Source: an uncultured virus (IMG/VR IMGVR_UViG_3300009370_000013)
Lineage: Duplodnaviria > Heunggongvirae > Uroviricota > Caudoviricetes
IMG/VR virus record: IMGVR_UViG_3300009370_000013
Direction: 5' to 3' (one strand)
DNA length: 64,000 nucleotides
Numbering within the stretch: the first letter of the stretch is position 1; each line of letters starts with the position of its first letter. Below, piece after piece: positions 17,369 to 26,269 of the stretch. The position numbers and the translations under genes are program-made. The notes beneath the pieces are model-generated. The model saw only the letters and a list, made by a program, of their open reading frames with translations. It had not been told where the DNA came from and made no database searches.

Positions 17369-18228
17369 TAGGATCAAGAGGAAGTAAATTAGCACGTATC
17401 TATGCTGAAAAAGCTAAAGCAGTATTAAACAAAGAAGTAATTATCAAAGAAATTGAAACCAAGGGCGACCAACTTAAAGATGTAAGACTTTCTGAAGCTG
17501 GAGGTAAAGGACTATTTTCTAAAAAGATTGAAGAAGAATTATTAAGTAAAAAAATAGATATAGCCGTCCACGCATTAAAAGATATGCCAACGGAAGAAAC
17601 AGAAGGTTTATTAACAAACTGTTTTTTAGAAAGAAACGATCCAAGAGAAATTTTAATTAGTAGAGATAATAAACACTTAAAAGATTTAGCTCCAAATTCA
17701 ATTATAGGTACTTCTTCATTTAGAAGAGAATTCCAATTAAAAAGAATAAGAGAAGACCTTAATTATAAGTTAATAAGAGGAAACGTTGATACACGAATTA
17801 AAAAACTAAATGATGGTTTATTTGACGCTATAATTTTGTCTTATGCAGGAATTCAATCATTAGGTTTAGAGAACAAGATTTCTCAAACGTTTTCTACTAG
17901 TGAAATGATACCTTGTGCTGGTCAAGGAGTTATTGCTTTACAATGTAGAGATAATGATGAAGAGATAATTGAGTTATTAGAAAGTGTTAATCATACAGAA
18001 ACACACAATTGTGTTAAGGCAGAAAGGAACGTGCTTAAGATTATAGAAGGAGATTGTGATACAGCGGTAGGTGTATTTGCAAATATTGATGGTAATACGA
18101 TAAATCTTGAAGCAGAACTATTTTCACCAGATGGTAAAGATAGATTCTATTCAAAATCATCTAAAACTATTGATAAAGCAGATGAGCTAGGATTAGAGAT
18201 AGGCTATTTATTAAAATCTAGTAATTAG
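17350..18228 (+). CDS. hemC: hydroxymethylbilane synthase (porphobilinogen deaminase)
   Basis: IGSRGSKLA, TKGD, GGKGLF.K.IE, DIAVHALKDMP, GTSS.RR, IRGNVDTR..KL, P.AGQG, AER...EGDC. Confidence 0.95.
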   Translation: MPTSLIIGSRGSKLARIYAEKAKAVLNKEVIIKEIETKGDQLKDVRLSEAGGKGLFSKKIEEELLSKKIDIAVHALKDMPTEETEGLLTNCFLERNDPREILISRDNKHLKDLAPNSIIGTSSFRREFQLKRIREDLNYKLIRGNVDTRIKKLNDGLFDAIILSYAGIQSLGLENKISQTFSTSEMIPCAGQGVIALQCRDNDEEIIELLESVNHTETHNCVKAERNVLKIIEGDCDTAVGVFANIDGNTINLEAELFSPDGKDRFYSKSSKTIDKADELGLEIGYLLKSSN

Positions 18229-18431
18229 TCTTGTTCAGAATACAACGTTTGCGAGTATAATGCTAAAATAAACATAGCAATTCCTAACAATGACAAAGTA
18301 CCACATAAAAACCAATTATCGTTCATAGGAATTCCGTTATAACCGCCGTCAATTGCGCCGACAGCGCCGATTAGACAGAAAGTTCCTCCTATTGATAAAA
18401 TAATTGTTAAATATTCAAGTATTTTTTTCAT
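18225..18431 (-). CDS. small two-TM membrane protein
   Basis: AAGGAG RBS, own sigma70 promoter, two hydrophobic helices. Confidence 0.65.
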   Translation of the reverse strand: MKKILEYLTIILSIGGTFCLIGAVGAIDGGYNGIPMNDNWFLCGTLSLLGIAMFILALYSQTLYSEQD

Positions 18432-18459
18432 AATGTTCTCCTTTTCAACTTATACGTTA

Positions 18460-18488
18460 AATATACACTAAAAATTTAGGAAAGTCAA
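18460..18488 (-). promoter_or_regulatory. sigma70-type promoter TTGACT-N17-TATATT
   Basis: Reverse complement TTGACT ttcctaaatttttagtg TATATT. Confidence 0.65.
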
Positions 18489-18537
18489 GGGAAAAATTTA
18501 AAAAAAATGAGAAAAATCAAGGTTTTTTTAGTTATGT

Positions 18538-18552
18538 GTTCGCTTTTTGTTC
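18538..18552 (-). promoter_or_regulatory. candidate alphaproteobacterial LexA (SOS) box
   Basis: GTTC gcttttt GTTC on + (GAAC-N7-GAAC on -), intergenic, 49 nt upstream of the -35. Confidence 0.5.
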
Positions 18553-18644
18553 TAGTTTCTTGTGGAAACGTTCATAATTGCAGATTTTCCTATGATATAG
18601 ACAAATTTCCGAATCGGGAAGCAATTTATCTTTGTAATTTTTAG

Positions 18645-18652
18645 TATAAATA
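18645..18652 (+). promoter_or_regulatory. T4-type late promoter TATAAATA
   Basis: Exact motif 7 nt before ATG 18660. Confidence 0.65.
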
Positions 18653-18659
18653 CTATATT

Positions 18660-18821
18660 ATGACTTATTGCAACAATTGTGGGAGAGAATCCCATTGCGG
18701 AAAGCCAAAGTACGAAATGATGGAAGCAAGAAAATTGGAAATCTGTAAATATTGTAGATGTGATGATAAAAAATGTAGTGCGAAAAGGAATAAACAGAAT
18801 GTCAAAAGAAAAAAAGTTTAA
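18660..18821 (+). CDS. small Cys-rich protein (53 aa, possible Zn-binding)
   Basis: Hand translation MTYCNNCGRESHCG...ICKYCRCDDKKC...; follows late promoter. Confidence 0.55.
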   Translation: MTYCNNCGRESHCGKPKYEMMEARKLEICKYCRCDDKKCSAKRNKQNVKRKKV

Positions 18822-19005
18822 ATTTACAGATAATAAAGAAATAAATCAAGAAATATCTGCTACGAGTTGGAAAAAGGCAGTTAAATCTTTCCAAAATAAA
18901 GTAAAAACGCCATTAATCTTTATTGAGTGGATAAGTAAGAAAGGTCAAGAGATGACCAAGTGGCAAAAACTACCTATTGGTAGAAAAGACAAGTTAGGAA
19001 AGTAA
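18799..19005 (+). CDS. small basic hypothetical protein
   Basis: ATG 18799 with AAGGA RBS inside track ORF 18760..19005. Confidence 0.55.
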   Translation: MSKEKKFKFTDNKEINQEISATSWKKAVKSFQNKVKTPLIFIEWISKKGQEMTKWQKLPIGRKDKLGK

Positions 19006-19008
19006 ATT

Positions 19009-19371
19009 ATGAGTAATATTGATACGTTAGTAGAACAATTGGGAAAATTAACAGTTATTGAAGCGGGTGAATTAGCAAAAAAACTTGAAAAGACTTGGGG
19101 TTTAGATTTAAATGCTATAATGAGTACACCAGCGGCAGTAGTAGAAGAAAAAGAAGAGTCTTTATTCAAAATTACACTAACAGGTTTTGATCCTGATAAA
19201 AAAATTAGTGTAATTAAAGCAATTAGAGCATTTAAAGATATGGGATTACTAGAAGCAAAGAATTTTGTTGAAGGAGTCCCTTCTGTAATTGCAGAAGACC
19301 AACAAAAAGAAGAAGTAGATAAAATAAAAGCAGACATTGAGTCTGCTGGAGGAAAAATAGAGGTAAAATGA
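19009..19371 (+). CDS. rplL: 50S ribosomal protein L7/L12 homologue
   Basis: LTV.E..EL.K.LE..WG N-domain, Ala/Glu hinge, KKISVIKAIR...GL.EAK.FVEG.P, AGG.IEVK. Confidence 0.92.
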   Translation: MSNIDTLVEQLGKLTVIEAGELAKKLEKTWGLDLNAIMSTPAAVVEEKEESLFKITLTGFDPDKKISVIKAIRAFKDMGLLEAKNFVEGVPSVIAEDQQKEEVDKIKADIESAGGKIEVK

Positions 19372-19472
19372 TAGAACCAATAGACACGAAAAAAGTAAAA
19401 GAATGGTTTACTAAAAGTTCAGTACCTAATTGGGTATTAATAGTTATAGTAGCCATTTGGATATTAGCATAA
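19368..19472 (+). CDS. small membrane peptide (34 aa)
   Basis: ATGA overlap with rplL stop; C-terminal hydrophobic helix. Confidence 0.4.
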   Translation: MIEPIDTKKVKEWFTKSSVPNWVLIVIVAIWILA

Positions 19473-19476
19473 AGTA

Positions 19477-19779
19477 ATGCCAAAAATTTGTAGGGATACA
19501 ATAGATTTAGGTACAACAGGACATCCTTGTACAGCAGTTATAGGAGTTAAAGCAACACAATTTACAGTTAAAGCAAATGGTATACCAATTGTTAGACTTA
19601 ATGATCCTGCTTTACCACATACGTGGCTTGTAGGTATTTATTGTGTCCCACACGGTGGAGCTAAAGTTAATATGGCGTCAACAACAGTTCGTGCTGAAGG
19701 TAAGGGTGTAGCAAGAATTGGAGATTCTTTTGATTTTGGAGCAATGTATCAAGGTTCATCTAACGTAAGAGCGGGATAA
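19477..19779 (+). CDS. PAAR spike-tip protein (gp5.4-like)
   Basis: TTGHPC, VKANGIPIVRLND, PH, S.TVRAEGKGVARIGD, GSSNV.AG. Confidence 0.85.
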   Translation: MPKICRDTIDLGTTGHPCTAVIGVKATQFTVKANGIPIVRLNDPALPHTWLVGIYCVPHGGAKVNMASTTVRAEGKGVARIGDSFDFGAMYQGSSNVRAG

Positions 19780-19783
19780 ACTG

Positions 19784-19791
19784 TATAAATA
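19784..19791 (+). promoter_or_regulatory. T4-type late promoter TATAAATA embedded in an inverted repeat
   Basis: actgtata-aa-tatatacagt; ATG 8 nt downstream of the motif. Confidence 0.65.
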
Positions 19792-19799
19792 TATACAGT

Positions 19800-20282
19800 A
19801 TGGGACAACAAAATCAGAAATTTAAATCAGATTATACTAGTGAGGTAAAAAGCTCTAGTACGAGGCAATCTAGGAAGTTTAAAGATATAGATTTAAATTT
19901 TACTAGGCATCCAATTACCAACGATATTGGTACACTTGAGGATGCTAATGCTATAAAGAGGTCTGTAAGAAATTTGATATTAACAAATTACTATGAGAGA
20001 CCTTTTCATCCAGAATTGGGGTGTGGTGTAAGACAACTTCTTTTTGAAAATTATACACCAATGACTTCTATATTTTTAAAAAGAAAAATAGAAGAAGTTT
20101 TACAAAATCACGAACCAAGAATAAGTATAACATCTATCGTTATTAATGATAATAATTTTGTAACTAACAGTCCATTTGGTGATGATGTTGATAGTAATAG
20201 ATTAGTAGTTGAAATACATTTTTATATTATTGGAGTGCCAGGTCCACAATCAATGTCGGTAGAATTACAAAGGTTAAGATAA
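19800..20282 (+). CDS. gp25: baseplate wedge subunit gp25
   Basis: FKDIDLNF..HP, AIKRSVRNLILT...ERPF.P.LG.GV..LLFE, EPRI. Confidence 0.92.
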   Translation: MGQQNQKFKSDYTSEVKSSSTRQSRKFKDIDLNFTRHPITNDIGTLEDANAIKRSVRNLILTNYYERPFHPELGCGVRQLLFENYTPMTSIFLKRKIEEVLQNHEPRISITSIVINDNNFVTNSPFGDDVDSNRLVVEIHFYIIGVPGPQSMSVELQRLR

Positions 20283-20285
20283 TAA

Positions 20286-22139
20286 ATGTCGCAACATAAA
20301 TTAAATGTATCAGAATTAGATTTTGATAAAATTAAAGTAAATTTAAAAACTTTTTTACAAAGTCAAACACAATTTCAAGATTTTGATTTTGAAGGTTCTG
20401 GTTTATCTATTCTAATAGATTTACTATCTTACAACACTCACTATTTGTCATATATTGCTAATATGTCAACTAATGAAATGTATTTGGATAGTGCTGATAT
20501 TAGAAATAATATTGTATCAATTGCGAAGATGTTAGGTTATACTCCATCATCTCCGAGAGCACCAAGAGCGTCTATTGATATTCTTGTTAATGGCGCAATA
20601 GGTTCCTCAGTTACAATGCAGAAGGGAACAGTTTTCACAACTACAGTTGATAAAATAGATTATCAATATACAACTAATTCAGATATAACAATTGCACCAG
20701 TAAATGGAGTTTATACATTTGAAAATGTAACTCTTTATGAAGGAACATTGGTTACATTTAAATATACAGCTGACGCAACTGATAGTGACCAAAGATTTTT
20801 GATACCATCTATTAGTGCAGATACTTCAACTTTAAAAGTTACAGTTCAAAATAGTAATACAGATACAACACAAAGTGTTTTTACTTTAGCTGGTGGTTAT
20901 AATAATGTATCAAGTTCTTCAAAAGTTTATTTTATACAAGAGAGTCAAGATGGTCAGTTTGAAATTTATTTTGGTGATGGTGTAACAGGTAAGAAATTAG
21001 ATGATGGTAATATAATTATTTTAGAATATATTGTTACCAATCAAGAAGAATCAAACGGTGCTTCAAAATTTAATTTATCAGGAAACATTGGTGGTTATAC
21101 AGACGTAACTATAACAACTGATTCAAATTCACAAGGTGGTTCAGTTTCAGAATCAAATCAATCAATAAAATTTAATGCACCATTAAATTATGCCGCTCAA
21201 GATAGAGCAGTTACAGCAACTGACTATGAAACAATAGTTAAATCAATTTATCCAAATGCATTATCAGTAAGTGCGTGGGGTGGTGAAGATGACGAAACTC
21301 CAACTTACGGTGTTGTAAATATTTCTATTAAAGCAAAATCAGGAACAGTATTATCAGATACATCAAAAGCAGATATAGTAACTCAATTAAAACCTTATAA
21401 CGTTGCTTCAGTAAGACCAATTATAAAAGATCCAGAAACAACTTCTGTATTAATTACTTCAAATGTTAAGTATGACGCAAAGGCAACAGCAAAAACTTCT
21501 GATACTATAAAGGCAGATGTTATTGATACATTAATAAATTATAATTTAGAAAACTTACAAAAGTTTGATTCAGTATTCAGATATTCAAAGGTAACAGGTT
21601 TGATTGATGGTACAGACGATAGTATTTTATCAAACATAACAACTGTTAAAATAAGAAAAGTTTTCCAACCGATACTTTTAACATCTTCAAAATATAATAT
21701 CTATTTTAGAAATGCATTATATAATCCACACTCTGGACATATGGCAAGTACAGGTGGAATATTAAGTTCATCTGGATTTAAAATTGATGGTAATGATAAC
21801 GAATGCTTTTTTGATGATGACGGCGCAGGTAATGTTCGTTTATATTATGTAGCAAGTGGAGTAAAATCTTATTTAAATTCAACACAAGGAACAATTGATT
21901 ATAGCACAGGTGCAATAACACTTAATTCATTAAACATTGCTAGTATATCAAATATTAGAGGCACAACTTCAACAGTAGTTGAATTAACAGTAACACCAAG
22001 TTCTAATGATGTTGTTCCAGTTAGAGACCAAATTGTTGAAATGGATATTGCAAATTCAACTATAACGGTTACTGCCGATAGTTTTGTAGGAGGAAGTGCT
22101 GAGGCAGGTGTGGGATACACAACTACTTCCAGTTATTAA
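20286..22139 (+). CDS. gp6: baseplate wedge subunit gp6
   Basis: ELDFD.IK..LK.FL, DFDFEGS.LS.LIDLL.YNTHY, FGDGV.GK, Q.RAVT..DY, WGGED. Confidence 0.95.
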   Translation: MSQHKLNVSELDFDKIKVNLKTFLQSQTQFQDFDFEGSGLSILIDLLSYNTHYLSYIANMSTNEMYLDSADIRNNIVSIAKMLGYTPSSPRAPRASIDILVNGAIGSSVTMQKGTVFTTTVDKIDYQYTTNSDITIAPVNGVYTFENVTLYEGTLVTFKYTADATDSDQRFLIPSISADTSTLKVTVQNSNTDTTQSVFTLAGGYNNVSSSSKVYFIQESQDGQFEIYFGDGVTGKKLDDGNIIILEYIVTNQEESNGASKFNLSGNIGGYTDVTITTDSNSQGGSVSESNQSIKFNAPLNYAAQDRAVTATDYETIVKSIYPNALSVSAWGGEDDETPTYGVVNISIKAKSGTVLSDTSKADIVTQLKPYNVASVRPIIKDPETTSVLITSNVKYDAKATAKTSDTIKADVIDTLINYNLENLQKFDSVFRYSKVTGLIDGTDDSILSNITTVKIRKVFQPILLTSSKYNIYFRNALYNPHSGHMASTGGILSSSGFKIDGNDNECFFDDDGAGNVRLYYVASGVKSYLNSTQGTIDYSTGAITLNSLNIASISNIRGTTSTVVELTVTPSSNDVVPVRDQIVEMDIANSTITVTADSFVGGSAEAGVGYTTTSSY

Positions 22140-22145
22140 TGACAA

Positions 22146-24731
22146 ATGGCAAAATTTAATGATAAGATTTCTACAATACTTTCTGGTCAACTACCTGAAT
22201 TCGTAGTTAGTGAACATCCAAAGTTTGCTGAATTTCTTAAAGTCTATTACCAATTACTAGAGTCCGCTGAGTTATCAGTAACTTCTGTTAAATCTACAGA
22301 AGGTATCTTATTAGAAACAGAAACAGACCAAGCAAATAATTTAGTTTTAAATGCAAGTTCTTTAGGTAGTACAAGAACATTACTTGACGCAGGTGATAAA
22401 GTTATTTTTGAAACTTATTCTGGTACTGAATATGGAAAATTTACTCGTGGAGAAAATATAACAGGACAAACTTCTGGTGCAACTGCTGTTGTATTAACAG
22501 AAGATTTAGATACTGGACGTTTATTCATATCTGCTCAAGATAAATTTATAAAAGGTGAAATAGTTGTAGGTGGTAGTTCAAATGCATATGCAACAATAGA
22601 TAATTATAAACCAAATCCAGTAAATAATATTGCTGACCTAGTTAACTTTAGAGATCCAGATAATGTAATTAGTAATTTCTTATCAAATTTTAGGGATGAG
22701 TTTCTTGCAACATTACCAGATACATTAGCAAATCAAGTTGACAAAAGAAGTCTTATAAAAAATGTTAAATCACTTTATCGTTCAAAAGGAACGAATAGAG
22801 GACACGAAATATTTTTTAGAATATTATTCAATGAAGAATCACAAACCTTTTATCCAAGAGAACAAATATTAAGAATATCAGATGGTAAGTATGATACATT
22901 AAAAGTTTTAAGAGCTATTGCTGATATTGGTAATACAGCACAATTAGTTGGAAGAACAATTACAGGTGCAGATAGTGGTGCCTATGCAGTTGTTGAAAAT
23001 GTTACCAATTTTCAAATAGGTGCAGATACAGTTACAGAATTTATTTTAAATAGTGATTCTATTCAAGGCACATTTCAAATTGGAGAACAAATACAAGGTT
23101 CTGCTTCTGATACAGATGATTGGTATATTAAAGCAACTATAACTGGTATTCCAGGAACAAAATCACTTACAAATGATGGTGCATTAAATGAAACTACTGA
23201 TACAATTAAAGTTATTGCAGGTGGTATAGGTGCTATATTTAATATTGATGAAGTTGGTTCTGGTGGAATTACAGATATTGTAATTAATAATAAAGGAATA
23301 AATTATGAAGTCGGTGATAAATTAGTATTTGATAATACTGGAACAAACGGAAGGGATGCTGCTGGATTTGTAAGAGTTATTAATGGTGGTATTGCAGGTG
23401 AAGATTCTGACCAAATAGTTTTAGAAGATGGTACTATGGCAGCAGACCCATATTTTGGTAATAGTATTATGCAAGAATTAGGAACAGGCACAGGAACAAT
23501 TGAAAAAGTATTTTTAACTTATAGTGGTACAGGATATACTTCTTTACCTGGCGTAACTATAACATCATCAGGCGGTTCAACTGGAAGTGTAAATGCGTGG
23601 GGTGATGAAATTGGAAGAATTATTGCATTAAAAACAATTGAGTTAGGAAAAAAATATCAAGACGCTCCTAGTCCTCCAGTATTAGAATTTTATAACAGTT
23701 GTGTATTAACAGGTGTTAGTGGTGCATTTACAGTAGGGCAATCTTGTACAGTTTCAGGTGGACAAGGAACAATTGTTTCATATAACACTTCTACAAATGT
23801 ATTAAGAATTAAAAATATTACAGGTGCATTTACAGAAGGTCAATTATTATCAGCAGATTCAGGTGGGTCAGGAACTATTGCTAAAATTGATGTTGCAACA
23901 GCAAATGTCAATGTAGTTTCAGTTTCAGATACAGATGGACAATTTATTAATGAAGATGGTAAACTTTCTGAAGTAACAATGAAAGTACAAGATAGTAGAT
24001 ACTATCAAGATTTTTCTTATGTATTAAAAGTTGCTAGTTCTATTGCAGTATGGCGGGACGCATTTAAAAAGACAATGCATACAGCAGGATTCTATTTTAC
24101 AGGTCAAGTAGATATTACAAATAGATTAAGTGCTAAAGGATCATTACCATTAGTTGGTGCTGTTTCTGGTAGAACGGAAGTTGAAATACCATTAATTGCA
24201 ATTCTTAATACTTTATTCTCGGTGATATTTGGTAGAAGATTAGGAACGATAGATGATGGAACATCTTTAAGAGCAAAACCTCTTGAACCAGGAGCAATTG
24301 ATTTAGACCATAATACAAATGAACATTTTGAAGCAAATCAAAGGGATGTAACTTTAACAAGACCTGGATTAACAATAGATTATTTGAGTAGAAAAAGGGC
24401 AACAATAGGTGGTCAATTTGTTAAAGCTGGTTACGCATATGCTGGACCAAAATGGGGAACACTTAATAAGTATGCAAATACTATATTTAATACTTCAATT
24501 GGTGGTACAGGACATACGTTTGAACAATTAAATAATTTAAAAGTATTTGGAACAAGAACTAGTTTAGATGGTCAAGGTGGAGTATTCTTAATGTCTTCAC
24601 ATCCTGAAGGACAGAAAGTTAAAATGGCTCTTGCGTTTCCTTCATTCTTAACTTATAGTAGTAATGAGTTCAGTAATACAGTAACTAACTTCTCTCAAAC
24701 AGGACCAACTTTTGATGATACAACACCGTAA
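22146..24731 (+). CDS. gp7: baseplate wedge initiator (gp7-like)
   Basis: QLPEFV..EHP.F..FLK.YY, IKN...LYRSKGT, QDS.YYQDFSYV.K, H.AGF; follows gp6. Confidence 0.8.
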   Translation: MAKFNDKISTILSGQLPEFVVSEHPKFAEFLKVYYQLLESAELSVTSVKSTEGILLETETDQANNLVLNASSLGSTRTLLDAGDKVIFETYSGTEYGKFTRGENITGQTSGATAVVLTEDLDTGRLFISAQDKFIKGEIVVGGSSNAYATIDNYKPNPVNNIADLVNFRDPDNVISNFLSNFRDEFLATLPDTLANQVDKRSLIKNVKSLYRSKGTNRGHEIFFRILFNEESQTFYPREQILRISDGKYDTLKVLRAIADIGNTAQLVGRTITGADSGAYAVVENVTNFQIGADTVTEFILNSDSIQGTFQIGEQIQGSASDTDDWYIKATITGIPGTKSLTNDGALNETTDTIKVIAGGIGAIFNIDEVGSGGITDIVINNKGINYEVGDKLVFDNTGTNGRDAAGFVRVINGGIAGEDSDQIVLEDGTMAADPYFGNSIMQELGTGTGTIEKVFLTYSGTGYTSLPGVTITSSGGSTGSVNAWGDEIGRIIALKTIELGKKYQDAPSPPVLEFYNSCVLTGVSGAFTVGQSCTVSGGQGTIVSYNTSTNVLRIKNITGAFTEGQLLSADSGGSGTIAKIDVATANVNVVSVSDTDGQFINEDGKLSEVTMKVQDSRYYQDFSYVLKVASSIAVWRDAFKKTMHTAGFYFTGQVDITNRLSAKGSLPLVGAVSGRTEVEIPLIAILNTLFSVIFGRRLGTIDDGTSLRAKPLEPGAIDLDHNTNEHFEANQRDVTLTRPGLTIDYLSRKRATIGGQFVKAGYAYAGPKWGTLNKYANTIFNTSIGGTGHTFEQLNNLKVFGTRTSLDGQGGVFLMSSHPEGQKVKMALAFPSFLTYSSNEFSNTVTNFSQTGPTFDDTTP

Positions 24732-24736
24732 ATGAT

Positions 24737-24744
24737 TATAAATA
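24737..24744 (+). promoter_or_regulatory. T4-type late promoter TATAAATA
   Basis: Exact intergenic motif. Confidence 0.7.
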
Positions 24745-24765
24745 GTAAAGTAATTTAAGGAAGAA

Positions 24766-26268
24766 ATGGCAAAAAAATCAATAGATATAGGATCAGCAGC
24801 TAATGACGGAACAGGTAGTAACCTACGTGTTGGTGGTGGTATTATAAATGATAACTTTAATGAAATTTATACTGCTTTAGGTGACGGTAGTTCTATAGAC
24901 CAGAATAGATTACTTAATTTAGCAGGTGGTACTGGTATTGATACTACTTTAGTTGGTAATACTTTAACTTTTGATATTGACTCTACAGTTCTTACAGAAT
25001 CATCAACAGATACACTAACAAATAAATCACTTGATTTAGCAACTAATACTATTACAGGTACTACAGCACTATTTAATACTGCTTTATCAGATGATGATTT
25101 TGCGACACTTGGTGGTACAGAAACTCTTTCAAGTAAAACTTTAACTACTGCTACTCTTGGCAGTAAATTGACAAACGATACTGGTAATATGCAATTAGAA
25201 CCAGCTAGTGCAATTTTAGAAGTTAGAGGTGATGGTTCTTCCGCTGACGCAAAAATTATACTTAATTGCTACGCCAATACACACGGACAGACTATAGCAG
25301 CACAACCTCATAGTGAGGGTGTAACTAACACAATGTTATTACCAAAAGAGGGTAGCTCAACTTTAGTTTCAGAAATTGCAACACAAACTTTAACAAATAA
25401 AACATTAACAAGTCCAGTTATTAACACACCAACAGGTGATGTAGTATCATTATCAGGTTTTCAAACCCTAACAAATAAAACTATTTTAACTCCTATAATT
25501 ACAGGTTCTTTATTCAATATTGCAGATGATACATCAACAACTTCTTCCATAGAACAAGGAGATGTTTTTAAAATATCTGGTGGTACTGGTATAACAACAG
25601 TTGTAAGTGGTGATACTGTTACACTAACAGCTGGAGGACTTACAAATTCAGAATTAAGTGGTACTGCTGGAATTACAAATGCTAATTTAGCAAATGATTC
25701 AATTACTATTGGTTCTACAGCAATTTCATTAGGATCAACTGCTTCAACAATAAATGGTTTATCACTAATAGGTTCTGCTTATATAACAGTTAGTGGACAA
25801 AATTCAGCAATAAGATTTAATCACGCAAACTTAGCAGCCTTTCCTAATTCAACTACTTATTCAGGTACACCTGCTTTAGATGAAACAACACTTAAACCTT
25901 ATATAGCAACTACTTCAGGTTGGGTTGAAATGTTAACAGAAAATTCTAGTGCTGATGATATTTCAAATATAAGTATGACAGGAATTACTAATGGACAAGT
26001 ATTACAATGGAATTCTTCAACTACAAAATTTGAACCAGCTGCTGCTGCTAGTGCTACACCTTTCACAACAGATAAATCACACGTAGGTGATGGTTCAACA
26101 ACAGGATTTACAATTCTTGCTAGTAGAACTGTAGATAATATTTTAGTATTTGTAAATGGTATTTGTTTAGTACCAACAGACGATTATACATATGCTGGAA
26201 CAACATTAACTTTCATAACAGCACCTGCCGCTAGTGCAGAAATAGTAATAAGATATTTAGGATCATAA
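24766..26268 (+). CDS. baseplate/fibre structural protein with gp9/gp10-like N-terminus
   Basis: I.IG..ANDGTG..LR.GG..IN.NF.E.Y; QTLTNKT repeats. Confidence 0.7.
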   Translation: MAKKSIDIGSAANDGTGSNLRVGGGIINDNFNEIYTALGDGSSIDQNRLLNLAGGTGIDTTLVGNTLTFDIDSTVLTESSTDTLTNKSLDLATNTITGTTALFNTALSDDDFATLGGTETLSSKTLTTATLGSKLTNDTGNMQLEPASAILEVRGDGSSADAKIILNCYANTHGQTIAAQPHSEGVTNTMLLPKEGSSTLVSEIATQTLTNKTLTSPVINTPTGDVVSLSGFQTLTNKTILTPIITGSLFNIADDTSTTSSIEQGDVFKISGGTGITTVVSGDTVTLTAGGLTNSELSGTAGITNANLANDSITIGSTAISLGSTASTINGLSLIGSAYITVSGQNSAIRFNHANLAAFPNSTTYSGTPALDETTLKPYIATTSGWVEMLTENSSADDISNISMTGITNGQVLQWNSSTTKFEPAAAASATPFTTDKSHVGDGSTTGFTILASRTVDNILVFVNGICLVPTDDYTYAGTTLTFITAPAASAEIVIRYLGS

Positions 26269-26269
26269 A

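Noticed and set aside
18605..18625. Short hairpin ttccga/tcgggaa as a terminator
   Set aside because: Imperfect stem without a convincing U-tract
15790..19371. Host chromosomal fragment (hem genes, rplL) implying a prophage edge or chimera
   Set aside because: The genes are interleaved with phage-type ORFs and late promoters, lack their normal bacterial neighbours (rplJ, rpoB, hemD), and are flanked by gp5 and PAAR/gp25
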